A stretch of 64,000 nucleotides of DNA from Terriglobia bacterium (GCA_963748015.1 CAVVHE010000005.1:639580-703579), one strand, 5' to 3'. Numbered from the stretch's first letter, positions 26,402 through 37,006 are shown. A program made the numbers and translations. Notes: generated by a model not told the origin, from the letters alone.

Positions 26402-29400
26402 ATGACGCTGGGAGCCGGATCGCGACTCGGGCCGTACGAGATCGTCGAGCTCATCGGCGTCGGCGGCATGGGCGAGGTGTACCGGGCCCGCGACCCCCGG
26501 CTCGGCCGGTACGTCGCGATCAAGATCCTGCCGGCGGGAATCGCCGACGACGCCGGGCGCCTGCACCGCTTCGAGCAGGAGGCCCGCGCCGTCGCCGCCC
26601 TGAACCACCCCCACATCCTCACGCTCTTCGACATCGGCTCCCACGACGGGACCCCGTACGTGGTCACGGAGCTTCTCGACGGGGAGAACCTCCGCGAGGT
26701 GCTCGCCCGCCGCCCGCCGACGCAGCGCCAGGTCCTCACCATGGCGGTCCAGGTGGCCCAGGGCCTCGCGGCCGCGCACCAGAAGGGAATCGTCCACCGC
26801 GACGTGAAGCCCGAGAACCTCTTTCTCACCGCGGAGGGGCGGGCGAAGATCCTCGATTTCGGACTGGCCCGGTTCGGCGCTCCCCTGAAGTCCTCCTCTC
26901 CAGGCGAAACAAAGGGAGACGTGACGCGGGCCGGGTTCCTGATGGGCACGGTCGCGTACATGTCGCCGGAGCAGGCCAGCGCCCTGTCGATCGATCCCCG
27001 CAGCGACCTTTTTTCGTTCGGTATCGTCCTCTACGAGCTTCTCTCCGGCCGGCATCCCTTCCGCCGCGAGACGGCCGAGGCGACGGTCGAGGCGATCCTC
27101 TACGAGACGCCGCCCGCCCCGTCGTCGCTCGAGCCCACGATCCCGCCGGCACTGGACGGGATCGTGCGCCGGTGCCTGGAGAAGGACCGCGAGGAGCGGT
27201 TCCAGAGCGCGCACGAGCTGGCCGTCGCGCTCGAGGCGGTGCTGAAGGCGCCTCCGGGAGCGGCCTCGCTCGCGGCGGCGGAGGAGCGGAGCCCGTACCC
27301 CGGCCTCCAGTCGTTCACGGAGAAGAACGCGGGGGCGTTCTTCGGCCGCGAGACCGAGGTCAAGGCGCTCTGGCAGCGGCTCGAGAGCCGCCGTCTTCTC
27401 GCCGTGATCGGGCCTTCGGGAGCGGGGAAGACCTCCTTCGTGCGGGCGGGCGTCGTCGCGTCGAGGCCCGAGGGCTGGGGCGCGATCGTCTGCAAGCCCG
27501 GGGCGGCGCCGCTGCGGAACCTGGCCAACGCGGTGGCGCCGGAGCTGGCGAACGATCCCGAAGCGGTGACGCAGCTCCTCTCCTCCGACGAGCCGGAGAT
27601 CGCGTTGGAAATGCTGTCGAGGTGGCGGGGGGCGCACGCCGAGGCCCTCCTCGTCGTGGACCAGTTCGAGGAGCTGTTCACGCTGAATCCGCCCGAATCC
27701 CAGGCCTGCTTCGCCGCGCTCCTCGGCCGTCTCGCCTCCGAGACCGATATCCACGTGCTCCTGTCCCTCCGCGACGACTTCCTGATGCGGTGTCACGACC
27801 GCGAGCCGCTCGGCGCGATCTTCTCGGACCTCACGCCTCTCGGCCCCCTCACGGCCGACGGGCTCCGTCGCGCGCTGATCGAGCCGGCGAGGAAGCTCGG
27901 GTACCGCTTCGAGGACGACGCCCTCGTGAACGAGATGGTCGCGTCGGTCGAAGGGGCGCGCGGGGCGCTGCCGCTGCTGGCCTTCGCGGTGGCCAGGTTG
28001 TGGGAGAAGCGCGAGCGGGAAACGAAGTTCCTGACATGGGAGGCGTACGAGGAGATCGGGGGCGTGGCAGGAGCGCTCGCCCAGCACGCCGAGGCCACGA
28101 TGGCCCGCATCGGTTCGGAGCGGCACGGGATCGTGCGCGAGATGTTTCGGCAGCTCGTTACGGCCCAGGGTACGAGGGCGGTCCTGGACCGCGAGGAGTT
28201 GCTGTCCGCGTTTCAGGAGCGAGCGGCGGCGGACGAGGTACTGGGCGCGCTCATCGACGCGCGGCTCCTGACGAGCTACGAGGTTGCGGAAGCGGAAGGC
28301 CGCTCGACCCGGCATCGGGTCGAGATCGTGCACGAATCGCTGCTGGAGGCGTGGCCGCGGCTGGTGCGGTGGCAGACGCAGGACGAGGAGGGGGCGCTTC
28401 TCCGGGACCAGCTCCGGCAGGCCGCGAGGCTGTGGAGCGAGAAGAACCGGACCGGGGATCTGCTCTGGACGGGCACGGCGTACGAGGAGTTCGAGCTGTG
28501 GCGCGAGCGGTACCCGGGGAAGCTCACCTCGGCGGAGTCCGACTTCGCCCGGGCGATGGCGAGCAAGGCGCGCAGGCGAAAGCGCCTCCTCAGGACGACG
28601 GTCGCCTCGGTCATCGTCGCGCTGGCGACGATCGCCGTCACCATCGGCATCCTCGGGTACCGCGCCGCGAGGTCTCGCGACCGGGCCGAGGCCGAAGCGC
28701 AGCGCGCCGAGGCGGGCAAGCTGCTGGCCCTCGCCCGGGCGGCCGTCGCGAGCGACTCCACGTCCCCGCTCGCGTACGTGCGAAAGAGCCTGGAACTGGC
28801 CGACACGCCCGAGGCCCGGCGCTTCGCGGTGGAGGTCCTCTGGCGTGGGCCGGCGGCTCGCATCTTGTCCCCCGGTACGAGTGCAGAGGGATTGGCGCCG
28901 GGGGAGATCTCGAGTTGGCCGAGCCTCCCGGTCCTCGACCCGGAGTCAAAGTGGCTTGCGCTGCGAAATCCCGCGTCGGGCCGTGTTTTCCTCTTTCCAA
29001 ACGATGGGAGCGCACCGCGGGTCCTACCACCTTCTCCCGACGGCAACGCTTCCGCGCTCGCGTTCGGTCCTGGCGGCGATCTGCTGATTACAAATGGTCC
29101 CGGGTCGAGTTTGCGATTCCTGTCCCTGCCCGACCTGCGCGAGGTCGGGACCGTGGAACTCGGGGGCGTTTCGTCCGACGCGTGGGTCGCGGGCGATCGA
29201 CTTCTCACTTCGACGCGCCTTTCTCGGGAGGACGCTCAGACGCTGATTCGTTCCTGGCCGCTCCCGGCGGGCGAGCCGACGGTCGTGGCGAGGTTCGAGC
29301 CGCCGAGCGCGAGGACCCGAAAGTTGGATCCCACCGGAAAGTGGCTAGCGTACGAGCACGAGCGAACGATCTTCCTCCGCGCGCTCGCCCCGATTGGCCC

Positions 29401-30916
29401 GTCGTCGGATCGGGTCCTGGGCCGCCTCGAGGGAGACCCGTGGGACGACAATCCGCTGAAGATCTTCCAGGACGGTCGTGGCCTCGTCTCGCTGGAGCAG
29501 CCCGGTGTCATTCGACTTTGGACCATCGGCGGGGGCGAGCGCCCGCGCGTGCTACGTCGAGGAAAGGCGGTCGGATTACTCGACGTCAGTCGTGAAGCCT
29601 CGCACCTCGCGGGGATCGATCTGGATGGTATCGCGCTTTGGGACCTGCGCGATCCTCCCGATGCCGAGGCGGCCCTCCTACGGTTCGAAAGCAACACGAC
29701 GCTGGTCGGCGGTTTCGACTCGAAAGCGCAGTGGCTCGTTACGGGGAGCGGTAACAAGTACTACTTCTGGCCGGTCCGGACGCCGCGGAGGCGTGTGTTG
29801 CCTCACCACGGCTCGGGCACGTGGAGACTGGAGTTCACACCGGACGGCCGCTGGCTGGCCTCGAGCGCTATTGGCGAGCCGGTGCGGCTGTGGCCGATGA
29901 ATCCTCGGGATGGGTCCTTCCGCGATCTGGTTCCCCGGGTGCCGTCCTGGAACGTCGTGGCCAACGCCGCAAGCACGCGTCTCCTCGTCGGGACCTGGGC
30001 CTTCTCGCAGTCCGGGCCCGCGGATGGGCGCGTCTTCCTGTTCCCGATCGCCGGAGGAGCGCCCCGTCAGCTACGGACTGGATGGGAAGGCGTCGCCGGG
30101 ACTTACGCCGTGGCATTCGACCCGCGGGGCCGTCTCGCGGTCGCGACCCCCGCCATCGACTTCGGCAGCCGGGGAGACCTGGCACTGCATGTGCTCAAGA
30201 CCTGGGACTTGGAGTCGGGCAAAGAACGGACCTTCCCGATCGCGAACCTCACCGGCGCCGACTGGATGGGGTGCGAGAGCTTTCAATTCGCTCCGAACGG
30301 CGTCCTTTACTGCGCCTCGCAGGGCGGCGTTCTTCGCCTCGAGATTCCGAATGACCTGAGCGGGACGCTCTCGGGGGAGAACATCTACCCCGCCAGCCGC
30401 GCTCGTTTCGCGTTGAGCCCCGACGGCCGGAGGCTTCTCGTCCTGGCTTCCACGGGGCACGATCCCAACACCTCGGTATTCGAAGACCTCGTCTTGGTCG
30501 ACCTCACGACGGGACACCGCAGCCGGATCACCACCCACGGACAGAGGCTCTTCACCGCCGCCTTCGATCCGACCGGGAAGATCATCGTGACCGGCGACGT
30601 GGAAGGAATCGTGAGAGTCGGGCTCGCTACAGGCGAGGAGCCCCACCTGCTATTGGGTCACCGCGCACAGTACGTCGAGTCGCTCGCCGTCTCGCCCGAC
30701 GGTCGATGGATCGCCTCGGTAGGCCTCGACGACTTGTTCCTGTGGCCCATGCCTGACGTGAAGAAGCCGCCTCTGCACATCCTGCCCCACGGCGAGCTCC
30801 TGAGAACGCTGGATTCTGTCACGAACCTCCGCGTCGTCCCCGACCCGTCCTCCTCCACCGGCTGGCGTCTCGACGTCGGACCGTTCCCGGGTTGGAAGGA
30901 CGTGCCCGCCTGGTAG
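26402..30916 (+). CDS. Ser/Thr kinase - nSTAND1-type NTPase - TM - WD40-like beta-propeller
   Basis: GVGGMGEVY, VAIK, HRDVKPEN, DFG, YMSPE; SPYPGL..F..FFGR, GPSGAGKTS, VVDQFEELF, LPLLAF, VHESLL..WPRL; TM; repeats such as FTPDGRWLAS, VSPDGRWIAS. Confidence 0.9.
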   Translation: MTLGAGSRLGPYEIVELIGVGGMGEVYRARDPRLGRYVAIKILPAGIADDAGRLHRFEQEARAVAALNHPHILTLFDIGSHDGTPYVVTELLDGENLREVLARRPPTQRQVLTMAVQVAQGLAAAHQKGIVHRDVKPENLFLTAEGRAKILDFGLARFGAPLKSSSPGETKGDVTRAGFLMGTVAYMSPEQASALSIDPRSDLFSFGIVLYELLSGRHPFRRETAEATVEAILYETPPAPSSLEPTIPPALDGIVRRCLEKDREERFQSAHELAVALEAVLKAPPGAASLAAAEERSPYPGLQSFTEKNAGAFFGRETEVKALWQRLESRRLLAVIGPSGAGKTSFVRAGVVASRPEGWGAIVCKPGAAPLRNLANAVAPELANDPEAVTQLLSSDEPEIALEMLSRWRGAHAEALLVVDQFEELFTLNPPESQACFAALLGRLASETDIHVLLSLRDDFLMRCHDREPLGAIFSDLTPLGPLTADGLRRALIEPARKLGYRFEDDALVNEMVASVEGARGALPLLAFAVARLWEKRERETKFLTWEAYEEIGGVAGALAQHAEATMARIGSERHGIVREMFRQLVTAQGTRAVLDREELLSAFQERAAADEVLGALIDARLLTSYEVAEAEGRSTRHRVEIVHESLLEAWPRLVRWQTQDEEGALLRDQLRQAARLWSEKNRTGDLLWTGTAYEEFELWRERYPGKLTSAESDFARAMASKARRRKRLLRTTVASVIVALATIAVTIGILGYRAARSRDRAEAEAQRAEAGKLLALARAAVASDSTSPLAYVRKSLELADTPEARRFAVEVLWRGPAARILSPGTSAEGLAPGEISSWPSLPVLDPESKWLALRNPASGRVFLFPNDGSAPRVLPPSPDGNASALAFGPGGDLLITNGPGSSLRFLSLPDLREVGTVELGGVSSDAWVAGDRLLTSTRLSREDAQTLIRSWPLPAGEPTVVARFEPPSARTRKLDPTGKWLAYEHERTIFLRALAPIGPSSDRVLGRLEGDPWDDNPLKIFQDGRGLVSLEQPGVIRLWTIGGGERPRVLRRGKAVGLLDVSREASHLAGIDLDGIALWDLRDPPDAEAALLRFESNTTLVGGFDSKAQWLVTGSGNKYYFWPVRTPRRRVLPHHGSGTWRLEFTPDGRWLASSAIGEPVRLWPMNPRDGSFRDLVPRVPSWNVVANAASTRLLVGTWAFSQSGPADGRVFLFPIAGGAPRQLRTGWEGVAGTYAVAFDPRGRLAVATPAIDFGSRGDLALHVLKTWDLESGKERTFPIANLTGADWMGCESFQFAPNGVLYCASQGGVLRLEIPNDLSGTLSGENIYPASRARFALSPDGRRLLVLASTGHDPNTSVFEDLVLVDLTTGHRSRITTHGQRLFTAAFDPTGKIIVTGDVEGIVRVGLATGEEPHLLLGHRAQYVESLAVSPDGRWIASVGLDDLFLWPMPDVKKPPLHILPHGELLRTLDSVTNLRVVPDPSSSTGWRLDVGPFPGWKDVPAW

Positions 30917-31001
30917 GCGCCTCCCCTGTAGTCCTCTCCCCGCTTCCACAGCGGCGATGGAAGCCGTACAATCTGGCCAAACCGGACATCGGGGGGCGGC
31001 C

Positions 31002-33713
31002 ATGAGCTCGATTCGAGGCTTATCGGTCCGTTGCGCCAGAACGCTCGCGGTCGTCGCGGCCGTCGTCCTGTCTTTCCTCGAACCGTGGTCGGAAGTGTTC
31101 GCCCAGGAAACCACAGGAGCGATCGAGGGCACCATTCTGGCGCCAGACGGTACGCCGCTTGCCGGAGTCGAGGTCGCTGCTAAGAAACCCTCGCCGCGGG
31201 TCGAGCGAATCGGGATCACGAACCGCGACGGCGGCTTCCGCATCACGGCTCTCCCACTGGGGAAGTACGAGATCGCGGTCCGCGATCCGAGGTTCGAGCC
31301 GTCGACGATCGATCAGGTTGTGGTGCGGCTCGGCCGGACGACCGGCGTTCCAGCCGTGCGTCTGGCTCCTCTCGGCAGTCTCGTCGAGCGCGTCGAGGTG
31401 GTCGGCAAGGCGCCGCCTATCGATCCCGCGAGCACGTCGACGGGAGGAAACATCTCGGCGGCATTGTTCGACAATCTCCCCCTCCAGCGCGACTACCAGA
31501 GCATCGCGATGCTCTTGCCGAACGTGAGCACGAGCTACCTCGGCGACGGGATCAACTTCAACGGTGCGACGGGGGAGGAGAACCGCTACTTCGTGGACGG
31601 GATCGACATGACCGACCCGTCGCGAGGACTCGGCGGGACGGTGCTCCCCCCAGACTTCATTCAGGAGGTCGAACTGAAGACGGGAGGCTACGAGGCGGAG
31701 TACCGGAGCGCGCTGGGCGGGATGGTGAACGTGGTGACCCCGACGGGAGGCAATCGGCTGGCCGGCAAGTTCATCGGCTACTGGACTAGCCACGTCGTTT
31801 CAACCGACTCGAGACAGAGCCCGCTCCAATTGCAGCAAAAGGACTTCGCGCAGCACGACGTTGGCTTCAGCCTGTCCGGCCCGCTCGCCAAGGATCGCGC
31901 ATGGTTCTTCCTCGCCTACGACCCGGCGTATCAGAGCGTGGAGACCGAGGTTCCTGGCGTCGGCTACTTCGAGGATTCCTCGACGGCGCATCGCTTTGCC
32001 GGGAAGATCGACTGGCGCGTCAACGGTTCGAACAGTCTCGGGCTGACGGTCGTGGGCGACCCGATGGAACGGGACGCCGTCGGAGAGCTTCCGGGTTCGG
32101 TTGGCATGAACCCGGTGTCGTTCCTCAACCCGGATCCCTATCTGCGGAGTATCGAGAGGGGTGGCGTCGGCATCTCCGTTCGGGGGACGCACGTCCTTGG
32201 ACCGCGCGTTCTGCTCGAGACCTCGTTATCGAACTTGTGGCGGAAAGACCGCAACCTCCCGGCGACGGATCGGGGACGTAACGAGGTGCTGTTCATCGAC
32301 GCGGCGACCGGCGTGTGGTCGGGGGGGTCGCAGGGCGAATCGGGCTACCGGAACAGCCAGATGACCGCCGGGGTGAAGGCGATCTGGGCGCTTGCGCGTC
32401 ACGAAATCAAGTTCGGCGCCGAATATCGAGATAACGGTCTCCGGCTCGACGGCGACAGCAATCACTACGAGAACGTGTACCGCTACAGCGATACCTATTA
32501 CACGCGATTCACGGCACAGGGCGAGGGATCGGTGGGGAATCGGATTCCCTCCCTCTTCGTTCAGGACTCCTGGCGTGTCGACCAGCGCCTCGTTCTGAAC
32601 TACGGCCTTCGCTGGGCACGCGAGGGATTCGTCGCTCCGTCGGGCGACGTCGTGCAGAGGCTCGATGACGAGTGGCAGCCGCGCATGGGTTTCGTTTACC
32701 AACCCGGCCGAATCGGCTCGCAGCGCATCTATGGCTCGGCGGCGCGCTACTACCAGGAGGTCGCGAGCATCGCGCTCCAGAACTACGAGATGGGCGGGGT
32801 TTCCTGGGAGCTGTGCACCTACGATCACGACCCTCGCCTCGATTCGACGGGGGGCGATTGCTTCGGATACCTCTCTCCGGTACAGCCCGAGGTAAAGGGC
32901 CTCCGCGGCGACTACACCGACGAATACTCGCTCGGTTACCAGCGACAATTCGGCGCGCGACACAGAGCCGGCGTCCGCGCGATCTACCGCACGCTCGGCG
33001 ATACGATCGACGACGCGCTGGTGACGGCTACCGGCATCTTCGTGTGGGGCAACCCGGGCCGGGGAGAGCTGGCAGCGGACTACCCACGGGCCAGTCGCGT
33101 GTACCGAGCTCTCGAGTTCACCATCGAGGGGCAGCCGTCGACGCGCTCTGGCTACCTCGCCTCGTACGTGCTCTCGGAGAATCGCGGGAACTACATGGGT
33201 CTCTACAACACGGACTACGGCCAGACCACGCCGAACTATGGATCGTTTGACTTCCCGGAATGGATGGTCAATTCCGACGGCCTGCTGCCGAACGACCGGA
33301 CGCACGTGTTCAAGGCCTCCGGCTTCTACCGCTTCGCGTCCGGATTGAACATCGGTTCGTCGGGCCTCTGGCAGAGTGGAACGCCGCTCAACGAGTTCGG
33401 CGGTGACGCACATGGGTGGCCTTTTGCACTCCTGCGGCCGCGAGGCACGGCCGGGCGAACGCCGTCGATCTTCGACCTTGGCCTGCGACTCGACTACACC
33501 TTCCTGCGGAAATCGACGGGGCGCTGGAAGCCGCGGCTGATTCTCGACGTCTACCACCTCTTCAGCGGCCGCAAGCCGGTGGATTACGACCAGACGCACT
33601 ATTTCAACCGCGATGCCGAGGGGAACCAGGCCAACCCAAACCCGACGTACGGGATGGTCAAGCAATACTACCCGCCGGCGGCCGCGCGTCTCGGGCTCGA
33701 GGTGACGTTCTGA
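31002..33713 (+). CDS. TonB-dependent outer-membrane receptor with carboxypeptidase-regulatory-like N domain (Oar-like)
   Basis: AQETTGAIEG, ENRYFVDG, GGYEAEY..GGMVNVVT, FVQDSW..NYGLRW, C-terminal F. The ORF track start at 30957 is an alternative. Confidence 0.88.
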   Translation: MSSIRGLSVRCARTLAVVAAVVLSFLEPWSEVFAQETTGAIEGTILAPDGTPLAGVEVAAKKPSPRVERIGITNRDGGFRITALPLGKYEIAVRDPRFEPSTIDQVVVRLGRTTGVPAVRLAPLGSLVERVEVVGKAPPIDPASTSTGGNISAALFDNLPLQRDYQSIAMLLPNVSTSYLGDGINFNGATGEENRYFVDGIDMTDPSRGLGGTVLPPDFIQEVELKTGGYEAEYRSALGGMVNVVTPTGGNRLAGKFIGYWTSHVVSTDSRQSPLQLQQKDFAQHDVGFSLSGPLAKDRAWFFLAYDPAYQSVETEVPGVGYFEDSSTAHRFAGKIDWRVNGSNSLGLTVVGDPMERDAVGELPGSVGMNPVSFLNPDPYLRSIERGGVGISVRGTHVLGPRVLLETSLSNLWRKDRNLPATDRGRNEVLFIDAATGVWSGGSQGESGYRNSQMTAGVKAIWALARHEIKFGAEYRDNGLRLDGDSNHYENVYRYSDTYYTRFTAQGEGSVGNRIPSLFVQDSWRVDQRLVLNYGLRWAREGFVAPSGDVVQRLDDEWQPRMGFVYQPGRIGSQRIYGSAARYYQEVASIALQNYEMGGVSWELCTYDHDPRLDSTGGDCFGYLSPVQPEVKGLRGDYTDEYSLGYQRQFGARHRAGVRAIYRTLGDTIDDALVTATGIFVWGNPGRGELAADYPRASRVYRALEFTIEGQPSTRSGYLASYVLSENRGNYMGLYNTDYGQTTPNYGSFDFPEWMVNSDGLLPNDRTHVFKASGFYRFASGLNIGSSGLWQSGTPLNEFGGDAHGWPFALLRPRGTAGRTPSIFDLGLRLDYTFLRKSTGRWKPRLILDVYHLFSGRKPVDYDQTHYFNRDAEGNQANPNPTYGMVKQYYPPAAARLGLEVTF

Positions 33714-33967
33714 CGGGGGCCGCCGCGCGAACCTGGCCCCGTTCTCGTCCGCAACCGGATGGGAACCTCGGGCTTTTCGCCGCGAAGTGTTACGCCGGCA
33801 ATGTCTGACCCCGCGGCCCGCGGAAGCGGAATCCGGGCGCGGAACCGTCCGGAGCGGGGTAACCTGTCGTCGCAGGAGGCCCGGCGGCGACAGGGGACGG
33901 CGATCGGAATCGGCGGACCCGCCGCATCGGGCGAACGCTCGTGACGGATGCGGGGGGAGGGAGAGCC

Positions 33968-34504
33968 ATGAGGGGTGAATCGACGCTCGTCGTGATGATC
34001 GTGGCCGGGGCCGCGGCGGTGATGGGGGCCCGGGCCGAATCGAAGCCACTCGAGGTCGTCCGTTCCGTCGACATCCGGAGATACCTCGGAACGTGGTACG
34101 AGATCGCCACGATCCCTCACCGTTTCCAGAAGGGCTGCGTCGGGGTCACGGCCCGCTACGCGCTCCGCGACGACGGCGACGTCGAGGTCCTCAACGTCTG
34201 CCGCGAGGCGACGCTCGACGGGAAGGAGCGCTCGGTCCACGGCAAGGCCTGGATCGTGGACAGGACGACCAACGCCAAGCTCAAGGTCCGCTTCTTCTGG
34301 CCGTTCTCCGGCGACTACTGGATCATCGAGCTGGACGACGACTACCAGTGGGCCGTCGTCGGCCATCCCAACCGAAGCTACCTCTGGATTCTGAGCCGGA
34401 CGCCGCAGATGGACGGAGCCCTCTACGACCGGCTTCTCGAGCGGATCGCGGCCAAGGGTTACGACCTGAGCAAGATCAAGAAGACCCTTCAGCCCGGAGG
34501 CTGA
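33968..34504 (+). CDS. Bacterial lipocalin (Blc-like)
   Basis: RYLGTWYEIA, KLKVRFFWPFSGDYWII, YLWILSRTP. Confidence 0.92.
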   Translation: MRGESTLVVMIVAGAAAVMGARAESKPLEVVRSVDIRRYLGTWYEIATIPHRFQKGCVGVTARYALRDDGDVEVLNVCREATLDGKERSVHGKAWIVDRTTNAKLKVRFFWPFSGDYWIIELDDDYQWAVVGHPNRSYLWILSRTPQMDGALYDRLLERIAAKGYDLSKIKKTLQPGG

Positions 34505-34588
34505 CCCGGCGAGGCGGTCTCGACTTGCGAATCCGGTCGGGTCGGGTACGCTTGCCCTCCAGCAACACCCACGGATTTCGAGAAACCC

Positions 34589-37006
34589 ATGGACGTTTCG
34601 CCGACCGCCACACAACGCGCTTCGCGTCACGGCACCCGGCGCCGTCTCTCGAGATGGCAGGTGCTCCTCGGCGCGGCGATCGGCCTGCTGTCGGCCTGGT
34701 CGCCGGTCGCGGCGGAGCCCGCCGGCGCCGCGGCCACGGGGACGCGGCCTCCCGTCACCCACGCGCTCCTGATCAACGGCGGCGCGTCCGCGTCCACGAA
34801 CTACCTGAGCCACCTCCACCATCTCCAGTACATGGTGGGGGCGCTCGAGAGCCGCGGCATCGCGGGCGAGCGCATCCACGTCTTTTCCGCGGACGGCGCG
34901 GACCCGAAGCCGGATCTCGCGGTCCGAGGCAGCGAGCCCGCGGAGTTCTGGCTCGTCGACGGGACGGAGGCGGGGAGCGCGCTCCACCGGGTGGACCTCA
35001 CCAACACGGTCTGGGAGGGGGTGACGCTGCGCCCGGCCCGCCTCGGCGAGCTCCGCCGCTGGTTCGTGCGGATGCGGGACGAGCTGGAGCCCGGCGACAC
35101 GCTGCTCGTGTTCGTCACGGACCACGGCACGACGAACAACGAAGACGCGGACAACGGGCTCATCTCGCTCTGGAACGAGAGCCTGTCGCTCCTGGAGTTC
35201 CGCGCGCTCCTCGGGCACTTGAGGCCCGGCGTGCGGGTCGTCAACGTGATGAGCCAGTGCTTCTCCGGCGCGTTCGCCGACGCCATGACGCCGCTTCGCG
35301 CGCGCCTCCCCGACGGAGACGTCTGCGGCTTCTTCTCCACGACGCGCGACCGCCCGGCGTACGGCTGCTACCCCGAAGGCCGGGACCGCGACCGCATCGG
35401 GCACGCCTTTCACTTCATCGACGCGATGGACCGGCACGCCTCGCTGGACGAGGTCCACCGGGCCGTGCTCCTCACGGACACCAGCCCCGACGTCCCGGTC
35501 CGGACCTCCGATCTGTTCATCCAGCAGGTGCTCCGGGAGGAAGCCGCGCGCCGGAAGATCGACGCGGACAAGCTGACCGACGAGCTCCTCGCTCTCGCGT
35601 GGAGCGACCGCGCGCGCTGGGAGCCCGAGATCCGGCTGCTCGACCGGATGGGAGAGGTTTACGGGATCTTCAGCCCCCGCACGCTCGCGGAGCTCGAGCC
35701 GCGGATCGAGAGCCTCGAGTCGCTCTCGAAGGAGCTCGAGACCTACGAGGACCGCTGGAAGCTGGTCCTCGACGACGCGCGCAAGGCCAACCTGGAGCGT
35801 TTCGTCGAGGCGTACCCGGCATGGAAGGAGCGTCTCGACGCCCGACAGCTCGGGACCCTGGGCGCGGACGAGAAGAAGACCACCCTCGCCGAGGTGCTGG
35901 TCGCGGTGAAGGAATTCGTCGAGGGGCGGCCGGACGTCCTGAAACGCATGCGGGAGCTCCGGGACACCTACGAGGGCGCGAAGAGCGCGAGGTACCGCGT
36001 GGACGTGCGGCTCGCGGCGCTGACCAGGATGCGGATCTTGCTCGTGCGCGTGGCGGGGCTCCAGAAGCTCGGCGATCCGCGCACGCGTTCGGCCGACGGG
36101 CCGTCAGCCGAGGAACGACCGAGCGGGCCCGCGCTCGCGCTGGCCGCGCTCGAGGCTTGCGAGGCCTCGCCGATCGGGAGCTTCGAGCCCGCGCGCGGGA
36201 AGCCCGTCCTGCTGGAGGCGCCGGAGCCCCTTCCTCCGTTCGAGCAGGACCTCGAGGCGGTGCGGCGGGCGCTTCCTTCCTGGCTCGGCATCCGCTTCCG
36301 GCCGGTCTCCGAGAAGCAGCGGCAGGAGCTTTCGCTCGAGCGGGGAGCGGTCGTCGTGGAGGACGTCTTCGCGGATTCCCCGGCGGGCGCGGCGGGGATC
36401 CGGCCGTGGGACATCCTCCTCGGACCGACCGGCCACCGGTTCGCCGAGCCGAACGAGATCCGCGAGTGGACGGCGGGCTCTCCCCGCGGGACCCCGCTCC
36501 CGCTGCAGCTTCTGCGCGACGGGCGGACGATCGACGTTGCGGTCTCGCTCGTTCCGTATCCGAAGGGGGGCCCCCTCCTACCCACGCCGCCGAAGCAGGG
36601 AGACACCGCGCCCCGACTCGACTCCCTGCGCTTCGTCCGGCCGGGAGACGGCGGACGCCCCGACGAGCCGGGGCAGCGGTACCTGCTCTTCTTCTGGGCG
36701 ACGTGGTGCGGCCCCTGCAAGAGCGCCCTCCCCGAGCTCCTCGCGTGGAGCCGTCGGACCGGCGTTCCCGTCGTGGCCGTGAGCGACGAATCCGAGGAGA
36801 CGATCCGGAAGTTCCTCGCGGGCTGGACGAAGCCATTCCCCGAGCGCGTCGCGAGCGACGAGCTGCGCAGGAGCCTCGTGACCTACGGCGTGAGCGGCAC
36901 CCCGACGTTCGTCCTGGTCGACGGGAACGGCAAGATCGAGTGGCGTCAGACCGGCTATTCGACCGGCACGGGACTGTCCATCCCCGGGTGGTCCTGGGCC
37001 AGGTGA
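34589..37006 (+). CDS. Exported clan CD (caspase/legumain-fold) peptidase - helical linker - PDZ - TlpA-like thioredoxin
   Basis: Signal peptide; LLVFVTDHG and VMSQCFSG His/Cys dyad; WLGI..GAVVVEDV..SPA..AGI..D PDZ; FWATWCGPC and GTPTFVLVD. Confidence 0.75.
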   Translation: MDVSPTATQRASRHGTRRRLSRWQVLLGAAIGLLSAWSPVAAEPAGAAATGTRPPVTHALLINGGASASTNYLSHLHHLQYMVGALESRGIAGERIHVFSADGADPKPDLAVRGSEPAEFWLVDGTEAGSALHRVDLTNTVWEGVTLRPARLGELRRWFVRMRDELEPGDTLLVFVTDHGTTNNEDADNGLISLWNESLSLLEFRALLGHLRPGVRVVNVMSQCFSGAFADAMTPLRARLPDGDVCGFFSTTRDRPAYGCYPEGRDRDRIGHAFHFIDAMDRHASLDEVHRAVLLTDTSPDVPVRTSDLFIQQVLREEAARRKIDADKLTDELLALAWSDRARWEPEIRLLDRMGEVYGIFSPRTLAELEPRIESLESLSKELETYEDRWKLVLDDARKANLERFVEAYPAWKERLDARQLGTLGADEKKTTLAEVLVAVKEFVEGRPDVLKRMRELRDTYEGAKSARYRVDVRLAALTRMRILLVRVAGLQKLGDPRTRSADGPSAEERPSGPALALAALEACEASPIGSFEPARGKPVLLEAPEPLPPFEQDLEAVRRALPSWLGIRFRPVSEKQRQELSLERGAVVVEDVFADSPAGAAGIRPWDILLGPTGHRFAEPNEIREWTAGSPRGTPLPLQLLRDGRTIDVAVSLVPYPKGGPLLPTPPKQGDTAPRLDSLRFVRPGDGGRPDEPGQRYLLFFWATWCGPCKSALPELLAWSRRTGVPVVAVSDESEETIRKFLAGWTKPFPERVASDELRRSLVTYGVSGTPTFVLVDGNGKIEWRQTGYSTGTGLSIPGWSWAR

